Positions 47,132-61,353 of a DNA stretch of 64,000 bases are shown here, piece by piece. The stretch is from Minutocellus sp. GHC0000111 (lineage: Eukaryota). Numbering within the stretch: the first letter of the stretch is position 1; each line of letters starts with the position of its first letter. A program made the position numbers and the translations under genes. The notes beneath the pieces are model-generated. The model was not told the DNA's origin, did not search any database, and was given only the letters and a program-made list of their open reading frames with translations. The stretch is from the NCBI GenBank assembly GCA_977018835.1, contig OZ361257.1, positions 248,001 through 312,000 on the forward strand. Reading direction: 5' to 3'.

Positions 47132-49250
47132 TTATTTCTTTCCCCTCCGTTTTCCCTTCCGTTTCCTATTCTTCTTAGTACCCAACCTTAAATTTGAATT
47201 TTTGTCAATAGGATTGTCATCGTTCGCAAAAGTGACAGGCTCCTTGGGCAGTTCGCCTCTATTTGCTGCCTCAATGTCTGATTCGTCAACAAAAGGCATG
47301 TATTCCTTTTCGTCATCTGCTCTGTGATCAGATTCTTGAGGAAGAGGCTTGTGGGTAACAAGACTACTGCCATCCATCACAGAAGATCCTTTATTCATCA
47401 GAACACCATGGCCGGATTTATTTCTAGCACTAGCGGTAACGGCGATAGAATCATCAGAAACTTCCAGAGTGGGAGACCAAAATTTTCGAAGCCTAGCAGG
47501 GTCTGAAGAGAGCCGACCGTCTCGAGCCTTGTCTGATCCGAGAGTTTTCCCACTTCCTTCCGCACTACCGGCTATGGTAGACGATCGGAACGTGCCGGGC
47601 AGTTGTCTCCCAGCCCGGCTGCAAAACTCCATGTTCGCCCAGCAACTTTCCCTTGCCACGAGCTTCCCTCGCCTTCTCCTCGAACTTTTTGATGCCCACA
47701 AATTCCCTCGTCACTGCTCCTTCCTTAGGCTGAGCGTCCTTCTTTGGAAGTCCAATAATAGCCCTAATACTATTATTCCGAAGTGCAGCAGACTGAAACA
47801 TGTGAAGACAAAGCTCAATACTAAATAAATTTGCACCCCAGCAGGTAGGTGAGCCATGAAGCAGGGCATGAAGACGGCAAGACCTGTGCACGATAAAGAA
47901 GAAAAGGAATAGCAACCGGACGTAAGTTGCAGGATGAAATCAAGTCCGAGAAGTCGCAACCACATCAACTAGCTCGTGGCAAGGACTCACTTTGGAAAAA
48001 ATCCTTCAGCGTTACAGCGACATTGGCCTTTGACGTCGCTTCACCGCTGAGAATTTTCTTTCCGAGGGCAACCTCAACATTGGCGTACAAGAGTAGCCCA
48101 CCCAAAATCGGCAGTCCATACCAAGGATCTGGTTCGGTCAAATCTGTAACCCAAAGGAGGCCCCCCTCGGTGAGGCCCTGGGCAAGGCCAGGGTCTGCAC
48201 CATTGATAATCTTCCTCAAATCGATACTGAAATACCAGAACACAGGAAGCTGCATAAGCGGCGAAAGAAAAACAGCGAAGGGATGGATCTTGTGGACTTT
48301 GTAGAGGGCACTCAGAGTCTGCCATGTAGCCTTCATCACAAGAAATTGCGTACCCGGGCTTTCCTTTCTCTCCCGTAGTCCCTTTATATCCTTCTGAAAG
48401 ATGGTGAGGAGGAACTGCACTTCTGGCGCTACCTTGGCAAATCTCGACGAGGTATGTGCCGATTGGATAACGAGTGGGATGAGACTTGACCTCACCAGGA
48501 TGTTCGTAATTGCCATACACGCCCAGTACGGGACGGCGCCATCGTGGTGGATGGTTTTGAGAATTATACCCGAGCCGCCCCACACCGTACAGTGCTGCGC
48601 AAATTCAGGGACCGAGGGAAGGATGTCGGTCCAGGTAGACATGTGCCGTGCTCTTTGCAGCGGATGACAATGACAAGGGCCCGACATTGTTGATCCTAAA
48701 TGTAATGGCGGTATTGGTTGTAGGCATGAACTTGACCCTCCGGACCGGACAAGGCCTAGTTGCAGTCCTCCTGTTCCGCCGATCAGAAGATCGGGCGTTG
48801 TCCCGGCAACACATGTCCATGATTTTTTCTGCTGAATGCTACCCGCACGGCAGTATTGCGCGTCTCGGGGTCCAACTACATGAACTGGTATACCATCGGC
48901 ACTCGTGGTGTAGGGAAATCCATCGGCGCCAAGCACATCCTTGTCATTGTTATCACTATCATTTGCGACGAAGAAGGAGGCGTCCTGTATCTGCACCTGC
49001 ATCCCATCACCAGTGCGACCAGAAGCAGGAGAAGGCGAAGCAACAACAACAGGAGACACAGCGACCGAACGAAGCCGGTGATAGTACGTGTAGCGGCCGC
49101 TGGCTGATGAACAAGCTGGCTTGTGAGAAAGTCGTCTTTTTGCATTGTTCGACTACTGTTGAGCTCTCCATCTACTAGTCTCCGGAAACTCCGAGCGCCG
49201 AAACCTAGGAGGGATCGGACAGGTGAGACGACGGCGGCGCTTGGCGTCAT
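47132..49250 (-). CDS. Oxa1/Cox18/YidC-family membrane insertase, probably mitochondrial; intron ~47885-47988; several frameshifts
   Basis: PYWACMAITNILVRSSLIPL, LSPLMQLPVFWYF, EGGLLWVTDLTEPDPWYGLP, HLPAGVQIY; Arg/Ser-rich N-terminus; basic C-terminal tail. Confidence 0.82.
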
Positions 49251-50372
49251 CGTGGCAATGAAAAAGACAAAGCAGCTTCCACGCTACTACTCTCTCTACG
49301 TACTAGGAATTCCTAGTAGCAGCTAGCTGCACCATGTACCGGCACTAGCAGTAGGGTGTGGACAAACAACACAACAGTCCTAACTTGGCGCTTGTGGACC
49401 TCTCGATCCTGAAATCCGTTGGTAGTGCACTAACAAAAACGCAGCGTGCTCTGCAGCAGCAGCTCGCTCTGCAGCAGCAGCTCGCTGTGTGGCAGCAGCT
49501 CTCTGAAATCGAAATGAGCACGAAGACAAAATTCAAGCACGAAGTAGCGATCAAGATGGCTTGCTGCTAATTTCCATGGCTGGCTTGTTCCGTCCCCACA
49601 AATCGGACAAGCACCGTGCCTGTGCGATTTAGCTGCTCGGTGTTGCCGAAATCGTGGAACAAAGCAGCAGCAGCAGGCGAACGAACAAGCCGAGACACAC
49701 ACTCATCTTCGTTCGTCTCAGCGTGGAAGGAACAGCCGATGCAAAACGAAGCGATATGTCGTTGGTCTTTGGGCGAAAAGAAGATCCAGCGCTGAGCTGA
49801 GGCAATTGCCTGCACAGACTCACGCACGCTCATTGTCGGCACTCGGCACTGATGATGACAAATGTGGAGGAGGCGATGAGATTGTGCATGAGCATCAGTG
49901 CCGGTGGAAGGAACACAGGTGTAGGAGCAATGTTCAGGTATAAAGAAATACAACGGTGGTGCAATTGGAGAGTGTCCTGGCATTTAGCTCTATCGACTTT
50001 CGCATCATGCCTGTGCATTCATTTGGCAATAATTTTGGGAATGAATTTTGAATGAGTTGTGGGAGGCGGCTGCTTACTTTCAGCTTAAATCTACAAGTAG
50101 ATCTGTAGACGTCTGCCGGTAGATGTAGATCTAGAGTGTTTTCACGAGACCGCCGACAAAATGCTCGTAAATAGGGAGTCACTAGATAAAAAATGGCTGT
50201 TCTATGTGTTACAAACATGACACGGAAATGAACATTTTGCAAAACAACAAACAAAACTTCTTTTTTTGCACTACACGCATCAATTAATTTGCAGCAGCAG
50301 CAGCAGCAGCAATTCCTCGCCTGTGACGCGTCCTGTGCTATTGTTACAAAAGGTCTATGTCTAGAGCTACAC

Positions 50373-50809
50373 ATTACAAATCAGCAAAGAATGTCATTAG
50401 TTAGTACATGTAGGCGAGTTAGATCTAAGTGATCGTTGGAACGAATCCTACATGTACGTAGCTACTAGACTAGATCTACTACGTACGTAGTAACGGTCAA
50501 ATCCCAGCGAACTACCAACGACGAACAGACCATCCTGCTGGGAGCAAAGCTCAACCAAGCAGGCCCACAATCCCAGCTAATCCGTCGATGTAATAGATTA
50601 CCGCCAGGCAAGCAGAGTACAACTCGACCGCTGCCACCCAATTGATAACGCCTGTAGGCACCAATTGGGGATCTTCGCCCGTTAGGGGAGGTCTCACGCG
50701 TGCGCCGCAGAGGCAATGGCCGCTACCCCGATCTCGTAATCTAGTTATCATCAACAAATCAACTCCTATGCTGTCCAACCAACTCGGGGTCGTATTGAAC
50801 AGCCCACCC
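50373..50809 (+). mobile_element. Mirror copy of TATTACAAATCAGC repeat
   Basis: Mirror of 35463-35868; retains 31 bp that the left arm lacks. Confidence 0.75.
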
Positions 50810-50861
50810 AGGTGCAGGAATCCTACGCTGATGCACTGCTCCAAAACAACCTAGGGTTGTA

Positions 50862-51227
50862 ATGCACAGCGGCTGTAGCACTCCTGCAATAAAATGGTCC
50901 GGATCCTTTCTGGAGAAATTCCTCATCAGTGCTGTGGAAATTCAAGGATCAGGGATCTGACTCTCGAACAAACCTATGGAACCGGGTTTTGTGCTTGCAA
51001 CCTTTATGAACCTCAAGGTTCTGGTTGAGCACATTTTGGATGTTGGATTTACGATGATGCTTGAAGATGAACCATCTCTCTTTCATGCATAAAATGCACG
51101 AACGGGTCCGAAAGGATTTCATCGCAGCGATGATGTTACCCTTCCACTCGACGTCGACAAAGATCAAGGGCCGAATCTGGTCGACCGTGAAGCCAATACG
51201 ACGGGGGTGGTGAGAGATGTGCATGTG
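50862..51227 (-). mobile_element. Mirror copy of Penelope-like fragment and hammerhead-like core
   Basis: Mirror of 35045-35410. Confidence 0.65.
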
Positions 51228-52068
51228 GTCTAGCTACATGTAGACACAGCTCTACAGTTTGCTCACAAATTGATTTACCAAAATGAATTGATACATGTAG
51301 TGAGCCAACAGAAAATGAATTCTGAGTTTTCGTTTCTCCATTTGGCCTGAGTTTCCCTATCCGAAGTTACTCAGAGGTTGTAAATCTCTCCCGCGAGAGT
51401 AGGGTAATACATGCACCGGTACAAATACCCGAACGTCTAAACCTCCTAGATCTATGAAACCAATACATGCAATATAAAATAATCAACTAAAATTGTTTTG
51501 CGCATGATAATGTGACTTGAAAGAACCTCGTTCGAGGCCCAACGTATCCTTCCTCCCCACCGTTCAGCATCTCGAGCTTCAACTATCAATTGTTCTGCTG
51601 ATACTACATGTAATACTATTTGCATCAGGAGGCACAACAATTCCTGTGCTAGAATACAGAAAGCGCATTGAATTTGCTATGCTTCTCAGTCTTACGGTCC
51701 CCACCACATCTACAAAGGCATCACCACTAACCACCAAACTATGAATATAATACAACAAAACGTTGCTGGGCAATCAATTCAGGAATGCCTGTGAAAAGTG
51801 CGTATCTTCCAAACCTCTTCAGATTGGCTCTCCATGCTTTTGTCGTTGGGTGAGTCTTGTCCAATTGATCGGGGCTTTATGAAAATGCAAACAGTATGGA
51901 TCATGAACCAAGATGTAATTGAGATGGGTTTGATCTTGCACTGTCAACGTCCTGTTCGGGATTGGCGCAGGATTTGGAAGGGGGGAAAGTGGTAGTTGTG
52001 CTGGTATCAGTGCCGCCGGGGCGTCATCCCTAGCTGCTGCGTCAGGGCCCGCTTAGATCTACTACGTA

Positions 52069-52504
52069 CAGTCCGTGCACATCTATAAGGATATCCATTT
52101 GAGACCTGAGGTCTGAAAATCCTTATCACGAAGCAAAGTCTGAGGTCTCAAATGAGGATATTCTTATTTGGTGATGACGTGGCAACACCAAGTTGAAAAA
52201 CATGTCTAAGGAGAGCAACTATGAAGCTACGTAGCTGACTCGGCATTCGTGGCACTGTTGGCATGGGTAGCACCATTGATTGGCAGTGTCGTCAGCAGCG
52301 TGTGGAGAATCAATCGGCATTGCCTGTCAGCATCTGAAGCCGAGGTACCGGTGCATGCATAGAGATCTCTAGAAGAATCCAATGCGCCGACAAATAAGAA
52401 TATCCTCAGTTGAGACCTCAGACTTTGCTTCGTGATAAGGATTTTCAGACTTTGGGTCTCAAATGGATACATGTATCCTTACATGTATAGATGTGCACGG
52501 ACTG
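52069..52504. mobile_element. Mirror copy of CAGTCCGTGCAC MITE
   Basis: Mirror of 33768-34203; right flank reads CA instead of TA. Confidence 0.9.
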
Positions 52505-52597
52505 CATTATGTTAGTACATGCTGCATTTTGTTCGAGGCTCAAGAGGAGAGGCAGCTAGGGTCGCTGAGGAGGCAAAGAATCATTTTGAGACTGGTA

Positions 52598-52965
52598 GAG
52601 TAGATGGCAATTTAAGATACTCATCCATTTAAAAGATACTGCTTATTGCCAAGGCATCCTCCCATAGTACATGTAACTACTAGTAACAAGTAATAGGGAC
52701 ATTAGTCACTATGAATAAGGGCGCTGGTGTCATGTTAGCGGTTTTACTAGCAGTATCTTAATTTGCCACTCATCGATGATCGTGGCAGATTTGAGCTCCA
52801 GACAAAATCCCCGATATATCTCAATTACCGGACAATTTTTCCTCGAATCAGCATTTCCTCAGCTGTCCAAAAATGCATGCACAGAAAGTGTTCACACTAT
52901 GAACGGATCAAAAAAAAATTCAGATTTCGATCTGCAGTAGATCTATCTTAAATGGCCATTTACTC
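52598..52965. mobile_element. Mirror copy of GAGTA MITE
   Basis: gagtagatggcaatttaagata ... tatcttaaatggccatttactc. Confidence 0.8.
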
Positions 52966-53239
52966 TACATGTAGGTGCTCTGATAGTGACGGATTCTCGG
53001 CTCGTCATTCGAGTCGAGAATATGGTTACTACGAGCAGTTTAGAGGATTTAGAAGTGGACCTGAACGGCGTATGAGTAATTATTTGCGGCTGGCTTTGCT
53101 TGTCCTACTTTCTTCGCTTCTCATCTTCTGATTATGTCGATCCTATAAACGTCTACGTAGAAAATCGTTATACCGGTACATGTTGTAGATTATGTCGATC
53201 CTGTAAACGTCTACGTAGAAAATCGTTATACATGTTGTA

Positions 53240-54212
53240 GACTCCAAGCCGCTCAAGACGATTGGACACTCTCACACTGACAGCCTGAAGCGCATCGGCG
53301 AAGCTTCGTTCCTCGAAAATGGAGTTGCTGCAATAGCTCCGTTCGTCAAAAAAGCTGGATCAATCACTGTCGCTCCTCGGATCTACCCGCTGTTCCAACT
53401 AGTGCAATCGGAGGCCTGGCCATCAATGGAGAAGTATTTGGGACTCGAGCCCGGCACCTACACTACCTTCAAGCCTACAGCGCCGGGGCAGATACCGCCG
53501 AGAAGGTAGGTCTAGAGCTGTCGTCGTCATCGAAGCATCGACTCCGGGCAACAATCGAGGTCCTACCGTATGTGGGAACTGCCGATGTATCGAATGCCTT
53601 GGCCCGCCGTGCCTATCACCCCTCACAGTCGACCTCCCCTTTGTAACAGCTGTAACTTTCGTCATGGCCCATCATACACCCAATGTTCCCTCACCGAGGC
53701 CGTCATCGCAGAGCCGTTTACTGCCGATGACATTGAAATAGCCGTCAACGAATTGTCTCCCCGTTCGACTCAGAGTATCGAGCGCGCTACCATGTCCCCT
53801 ATGATCAACGCTCTTACTAATGCTGCAGTAGCACATCGGTAATGCAGCAACGGTCGAGGACGACGACGACACAGAAGTGACCGTACCGAGAAGAACAACT
53901 AGGAGCCAATCAACCAGAGACTTAATCTGGCAGCTACTTCGAAGGCTTCGTACCGGCCAACAATCCCAATGCTTGGAGAGACCGAGACCTCGAATAGGTC
54001 AACAAGTGCTGACCCTTACCCTTGCACCCACCCCCCTCAATCTTAACAACCTACAATGTTGTTTACAATTGCGATTTTTCGTTTATGTTATTGATATTCG
54101 TTCTTACTGATGCAAATGAGGCTACCTATTCAATTGAATTTGGTTCTAACTTTTCATTATGATAGATAGATTTAAGCTACATGTGTATATTTAGCGGGAC
54201 GAACCACCACCA
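53240..54212 (+). mobile_element. Mirror copy of RTE-like LINE 3' portion
   Basis: Mirror of 32056-33031. Confidence 0.8.
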
Positions 54213-54482
54213 AAAATGTTGTAGATGTGCACTGATTGTAGCTACGTACGTATGTACGTAGATAGATAATCGAGTCGAGTCGAGTGAGTCGATTCCAGTC
54301 GAGTGAGTCGAACCGAAACGCGGCCAGCTCTTTGAAAACAACTGCGGAATGGCAACATGCAAAGATGAAAATCGGAATGCGCGCCATTTGCCTTGATCAT
54401 TCGGCCCTTGATTTGCCATCTCGTCGTTCAATCAGTCCTGTCCGCCTCGCTCGTTTTGGTCTGAGGACAGCCAGAGTAAAAA

Positions 54483-56354
54483 ATGGAACATTCGGACGAG
54501 AACATCACCCAATTCCTTGCATTCACTGGATCGTCAGACACCGACACGGCCCGGTCGTACCTGGAAATGAGTGGAGGGAGCGTGGAGACTGCCGTCGGCC
54601 TTTGGCTGGAGCACAATGGTGGTGGTGGCGGCGGCATTGGTGGTGATGATTTTGGTGTCATGGGTGGCGGTAGCGGTGGAGCGGCGGCAGCAGCAGCGGC
54701 CCCGGCAGGAGGAGGAAGCTTTCACGGCGCCGATGCCGTCCGTGCCCCGGACAGGACCCGGACTGAGGCCCTCATTGGGCCTGCCGGAGGCCACGGCGCC
54801 ATGGCAGCGGCGATGGCGGCCGGAGGTATGTTTGCTCATGGGACCATGTCGGGAGCCGAAGCGGCGATGATGTCAGCGTTTGCGGCCGCTTCCGACGACG
54901 ACGACGACGATGATGATCATATGGAGTATGTAGGAGGAGGCGAGGGGTCCGGGTCAGGTTCGCGATCTGGGTCGTTATCTGCCGCCGCCTTTGATGCTAG
55001 AGAGGCCGTCAATGAGGCTGCCGCTGCCGCTGCTGCTGCTGGATCCAGTGGCGGAGGCGGCGGCAATGGTGGAAATGCGAACGACGGGGGAGATTCTACT
55101 AGTACCTCGAATGGGGGAGGGACGGTGGGAGCCGCCGCCGCCGCCGCTGCCGCTGGTGGCCGTGCAACATCCCTGGCCGATATGTTCGCCCCGCCAACGA
55201 ACCTCATCTACGCTGGTCCCGGAGGCTTCCAGGGCGCCCGGCAGGCAGCCAGGGACTCCCGTCGCTGGCTTCTTGTGAATATCCAATCCGATTCCGATTT
55301 TGCCTGCCACGCCCTCAATCGCGACGTTTGGCGCGACGAGCTTGTGGAGAACCTCGTCCGCGACGGCTTCATCTTCTGGCAAGCGGTCGACACAACGTCT
55401 GAGGGATCGACATACTCCGAACGGTACCGCGTCGGTGGCTATCCTCACGTGGCTATCATCGACCCTAGGACTGCCCGGCTCATGTGGAAGAAGGAGGGAT
55501 GGACGCAAGTCAACCCAATGACACCCGTCCAATTTGCCGAAACGGCTGCTGGTACGTACGACATCACAATGCCTTTGATCGTGCTCCTTGGTCTTTTGCT
55601 AGCTAGACTGGTCTGAACACAAGAGGCCACACCTACACACACAGTATCAATTTCATTTCTCATCACTTCTTCTTTCTTGTTACATCAATTTGTCGATGCG
55701 TTGATTTAATTGACAGATTTTTGCTCTCGCCATTCTTTTGACAAGCCGCCGAGTGCTCCGCGGTCCGGATCGGCTGCTGCTGCTGGCCCCGCCTCGGGAG
55801 GAAGACCCTCGAACAAGCGTCCGATGGCCGACATGTCCGAGGAAGAGCAGCTTGAGGCCGCCATTCGGGCCAGCATGGCCGATACCGAGGGCGGCGGAGG
55901 TGAATGTGGAAGTGGGAGCAATGGCAATGATGACGAAGATAGCGTGATTTATGCCGATGATGATGAAGAAAAAGAAGATGATGACGACGACGACGGCGAC
56001 GCCAACGTCAAGGCCGCTGATCTGGCGATCGATGATGATGAAGCCCTGTCGGATACCTTTGAGCAGAAACTGCTTGATCAGGACATAGGGGTAGAGCCTG
56101 CGTCCGGGGATGACATTGCCAGAGTTCAGATCCGCATGCCAGACGGAAAGCGGCTGGTTCGTAAGTTTCGTGGGGAGGATTCTGTCAGGGTCATCTATGC
56201 ATTCGTTGCTCAGCAGTCGAGTGATGCCGTCCGAGAGGGTAAGCAGTTGGAGCTCAAGGCTGGCTTTCCACCACGGGACCTTCTGGACAGGATCGACGAA
56301 AGCATTTCCTCGTGCGGCCTCGCAGGAGAGGCTATCACTGCTAGATGCAAGTAA
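54483..56354 (+). CDS. UBX/UAS domain protein, right copy; exons 54483-55551, 55717-56354
   Basis: As left copy; one V/L difference. Confidence 0.9.
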
Positions 56355-57147
56355 ACCACTCCGTCTTGATCCTAATCACGGTGCCAGTTTCGCCAGTTTC
56401 GTTGTGTCGGTGGTGCTGGCTGGTGAAAGGAGACTCTTTGCTTGGTGCGTGCTGCGTAAATCTTCTAGCTACATGTAGGTAGTAGAGTCTAGATCTATTA
56501 CAGATCAGGAAAGAATGCGCTAGTAGGCGAGTTAGGTGATCGTTGCGACGAATCCCAACGGTCAAATAGACTATTATACATGTAAATCTGCCAAAAGAGC
56601 CAGTGTTGAATCAGATGTGTAAAGAAAGTAAAATGCCAGACAGTGAAGTACGCGTATGCAAAAAGACTAAGCGGGCTTTCCCCTGATACTCTACTCGTAC
56701 TTGACTCTTAGCCGCGGGTGTCCCTCCTCTGCAAATTTTGAGCCGGGTTGCGCGAAGACAAGGGCCACACGGTACAATGCAGAGCAAAGACACGAGACTA
56801 AAAAATAAGGTAAATATTTGCATTTATAGGAGTCTAGCTAGCTAGTGACTGGAGCAACCACATCGAAAAAGTGACATACGAGTCTGGAACGATCATTATT
56901 CGTAGATGTAGACTCTACCGGTAGGAGGGTATCGCATAAGAGTGCGTCTAAAGTTAGCAGATCTTGGCGAGCTAGGATTTCGGCGATGCACATGCAAGTA
57001 TGATCTCCGGGTTCAGACATGTGCTCTCGTTAGATTTATTCCCTGACGGTATGTCAGTATCGTACCGTCTTCTCGCTACACAGCTAGTCTAGCTAGCTAC
57101 ATGTAGGTAATGACAAATAGATCTAGGAGCACATCACAGCAGCACAC

Positions 57148-58099
57148 CTATGCCCTATCACTGTCACTTTCGCTTTCCGAATCTACAAGCAGAGTGGATA
57201 TCTTGTTTGTATTAACGAACAGCAAATCGTCAGCGTCGTAAACGATCCCATCGTCGTCGCCCACTTCCCCGTCGCAGTTGTTGTGATCCTTTTCCTGTTC
57301 TTCTTCGTCACTTTTTGTAGGACTTGAGTCGTTTGCTCTAGCGGCACCGCTACCGACGGCAACGCCTTCTCCAGAAAATAATGGATCGTCATCGGGCCAC
57401 AGACCCTTCCGCTGCAGATGTTTCACCTGATCCTTGTAAAGAATATGCTGCCAATTCCAAGAGAGAAGGCGACAAGTAATACATGTAGATGCAAAAAGTG
57501 AGGGAAAATATTGAACGATGGAAAATTTTGAATAGACTTGTAGACTACCCTGGTCACCAACTCACGGAGATCTCGTAACGGATACCACTTATGACGGCCG
57601 CGGTCCCTCTACTAGCGGCCTCATCAACTTTCTCTTCTACGCCTGACGGCACTTGGTGATCCATCGTATTTCCCTCCTTTTCGTTTTCCGACGGTGGTGC
57701 GTCCTCGTCATCGTCTTGACCACATCGAACTATAACAAAGTCATTGCGTTTCAGCCAGACCAATTTACGATACTTGGTCGGCAGGATGGCCAGTTTCGAT
57801 GTTCTCGCCGATGATGCGATTGGTGGCTGACGATGTAATTGCGGTTGCGGTTGCGGTTGCGGTTGCTGGCCCCATGGCTGTCGCGCCTTTTCACTGCCGC
57901 TATTTGTGTTACCGTCAGTGATCGTTACATTCCCACGACAAGTACTCTTCGTGTCAGAGAGGACGATCTCGAATTGGTTCGATCCACGAGTTCCAACGAC
58001 CTTGGCGATCCTCTCTCCTTCGCCTGGCTCGGGGCATGTGTTGAGGACAGAGTCCGTAATATGTTTTCGGTAGTGAGATCGTCTCCCGAGGCCCGCCAT
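57148..58099 (-). CDS. EIF1AD: EIF1AD-like protein, right copy; exons 58099-57566, 57447-57148
   Basis: As left copy plus one extra QP unit. Confidence 0.85.
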
Positions 58100-58482
58100 T
58101 GTCTGATGATGCTTTTAAATGTTAAATGCAGTAGCCAGATAGAGGTCTGCTGAGGAAGAAACAAAAGCCAGAATATTGGCGTGGTGACTGTGGGACGACG
58201 CACACTACACGACGAGCATGAGGGCCCTGTGAAGCGAAGATGAAGGTTTGGCGTGGATGTGGGCTGGTGGCTGCGCTGGTGGATGATACCTAGGCCTAGG
58301 TATGATTGCAGTCGGTGGCAGAGAACCCACACAAAAATGGGGAGTTTGGTACCACATTTAAGTAAGTCGCTTGCTTGTTTAAGTTTCCAGCGATGTTGAA
58401 GACGCCGAAAAAACTGGGTCAAAAGAACTTCAGAACGCACTCAACACTGCATTTAATTTGATAGAGGAGCAACCGAGCAACC

Positions 58483-60402
58483 ATGAGGTTCCCCTCGTCC
58501 TCCGTTCAGCTTGTTGCCTTCGCCCTCACGGCGCCGCTGGTGGCCAGTTTCTCCCTTCTGCCACTCTCGCCATCCTCTGGCGTGGCCGGGGCTGTCCGTT
58601 CATTGCCGGAACCCCTCACCGTCGGCGGAGTTCCATCGGCGCCCGTGATGGCCCGAAGAATGGTAGCAACGAATGCGGAGGCTGAAGCTGTCGCCGCTGC
58701 CGAGGCCGAGGCAGAGATGGGACAAAAAAGGAAGAAAACAAAGGAGGTGAGAATACTTATCAATTCTTCTTTTGTTGGTTTTGCTAGCTTCTAGACTAGT
58801 AGAGCCTCGAGTCTTGAACTGTTGTGTCTTCTTTGTGACATTGATTCTATCAATATCGTACCGAAAGGTACATGTATCACGACGCATTCAGTAGTTTGTT
58901 GTGAATGCCGGTGTTTTGATGCCATGATCCCAATGCTCATCACCTCAATCCGAGACACTTTTTTACATGTAATTTCCGTTACTAACTGAACCAAACATTA
59001 CCCCAATTGGACTACAATCACATCGCACACCGAACAACAGGAACGCCTCAAGGCTGCCTCGAAGGGACTTCAGGTTCACTGCGTCGGCCTGTCTATCCAT
59101 CACGCTGCTGTCGAGGTTCGCGAGAAACTTGCTATCCCCGAGGCCGACTGGAACACTGCTTCGCAGCAGATCTGTTCCGACGGACGTGTGGAGGAGGCGG
59201 CCGTCCTTTCCACGTGCAATCGCTTCGAGATTTACTACGCTGCCACTGATGCAAGGCAGGCGGCTGCTCGCATTACAGAATACCTCGCCGAGCGGTCCGA
59301 TCTCCCCGTTTCGACGCTCCGGAAGAATCTCTTCATGCTTTCCGGCGACGATGCCGTTTGGCACTTGATGCGCGTAGCCGGCGGGCTCGACTCGCTGGTC
59401 GTTGGAGAGGGGCAGATCCTGAGTCAGGTCCGACAGTGCCACCTGCACTCCATCGAAGAGGATGGTTGCGGCGGCAAAGTCTTGAGCCGCCTCCTCAACG
59501 GCGCCGTTGCAGCAGGCAAGCGAGTTCGGTCCGAAACGGCCATCTCCAAAGGATCTGTATCCATATCCTCGGCGGCGGTGGAGCTGTCAGAAATGAAGTG
59601 CGGGGACGACCTAAGTCTCCCCTTCTCCGAGGCCCGTCTTGCCGCGATTGGAGCTGGCAAGATGACGCGGCTTTTGATCACCCACCTCGCATCGCGTGGT
59701 TTGGAGAGAATCACCATCGTCAATAGGTCAATGGCTCGACCGATGGAGCTTGCTGAGCAATTCCCCGACGTTGACATTGAGATCAAGCTTACGGACGACC
59801 TTTATGACGTCATCGGTAGGTCCGATATTGTCTACACTGCAACCTCATGTGAGGACTACATCGTCAGTGAGGCTCTGCTCGAGGAGAACGGCCTGGCTGG
59901 AGGAAGGCCGCTGATGCTTGTGGATATCTCTGTACCGCGTAATGTTGGGGAGGATTGCAAGAATGTTCCTAGCGTGGCTGCCTACAACGTAGATGACCTC
60001 AAGGCAGTTGTCGCTCGAAATACTGCCATGAGGCAGAAGGAAATGATCGAGGCGGAAACTCTGCTCCGGGAGGAGGCAGCTGCCTTCATCGGCTGGCGGG
60101 AGTCGCTCGCTGCAGTTCCTGCTATTAATCGGTTGAGGGAGAAGGCAGAGACGCACCGTCAAGCAGAATTGAAGAAGTGCACACGGAAACTGTCGCAGAA
60201 CGAGAATTTCAGCGAGAAGGAGCTCGAGGCCGTTGAGCGATTGTCCAGGGGAATCGTCAACAAGCTTCTCCACGGGCCCATGTCTCATCTGAGACGTTCG
60301 GATAGTGTCGATGGACGCCAGGCTGCCGTGCGAGAATTGAGTGATATGTTCCAACTCGGAGAGGAGAGCACGGGCAGGAATGGAAGGGGTCGTAGGAGAT
60401 GA
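58483..60402 (+). CDS. hemA: Glutamyl-tRNA reductase, right copy; exons 58483-58746, 59041-60402
   Basis: Same translation as left copy. Confidence 0.95.
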
Positions 60403-61353
60403 ATACATACACCTGGACTGACTCAAACTTCACACGAAATTCACGCGCTTTCGTTCTCTGGTAAGCACCTTAATATCAAGCTGCCTGTTTAGCGTTTAGA
60501 ATATGTAGTAGTATATAATACGGTACATAGTCGCTCTAGTAGAGCTAGAGCTAGTCTAGCGCCGTAGTCGTCTTGAGATGGCAAAAATCGATGAGCTGTG
60601 CTCTTGTGCGATCATGTCATCATGGGCGGCCGCCAGCTAATGCCCACACGACTCCGTCCGGAACCAGTCCTAGTGCCTGCTTTTAGGGGTCTATTGAACC
60701 GAATTTACTCCGCGCGCGACACTATGATCACGACTTCCTCAATCCTTTTCACTTCCACTCGTGCCAATCTTCGGGGGACTGCGAATGGCTTACCCGATCT
60801 ACATGTATCTGATTATACATATGGATTCGTCGCAACGATCACCTAACTCGCCTACTAGCGCATTCTTTGCTGATCTGTAATATATATTATAAATATGTAT
60901 GATCTGATTATGTATGTATCTGATTATGTCGATCCTATATAAACGTCTACGTAGAAAATTGTCATACATGTATTCGATGCAACTCTGCTTTCGCAGCCTA
61001 ATCGAAAGCACGCAATTTCATACATGTATTGGGGAGCACTGGGTGTCGTTTGGTCAATCCCGATTTCGATTCCTATCACAGACGCCAGAAGGCCGGCGGC
61101 TTGGAGCTGCAGCAGCGCCTGCATACGCGGTATGCATATTACACGTACATGTACCTGTGGGCCGCGAGAATACACACACATGTAGGAAAAACAACATTCT
61201 TTCATTAAGTAGGTTTTGAATGGTTAAACGTGCAACAAAACAAATTTGGATTGAGTTCATCGAAATATTAGAATGGGCCGCGGAAAAATAGGTGCACTCT
61301 CTGAAGCATATCTTTCAAATAAAAAAAGGAATGGTTCATACTCTAGAGCTTCT

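Noticed and set aside
47102..47144. 21-bp tandem duplication over the Oxa1 stop codon
   Set aside because: Real but simple slippage with no effect on the protein
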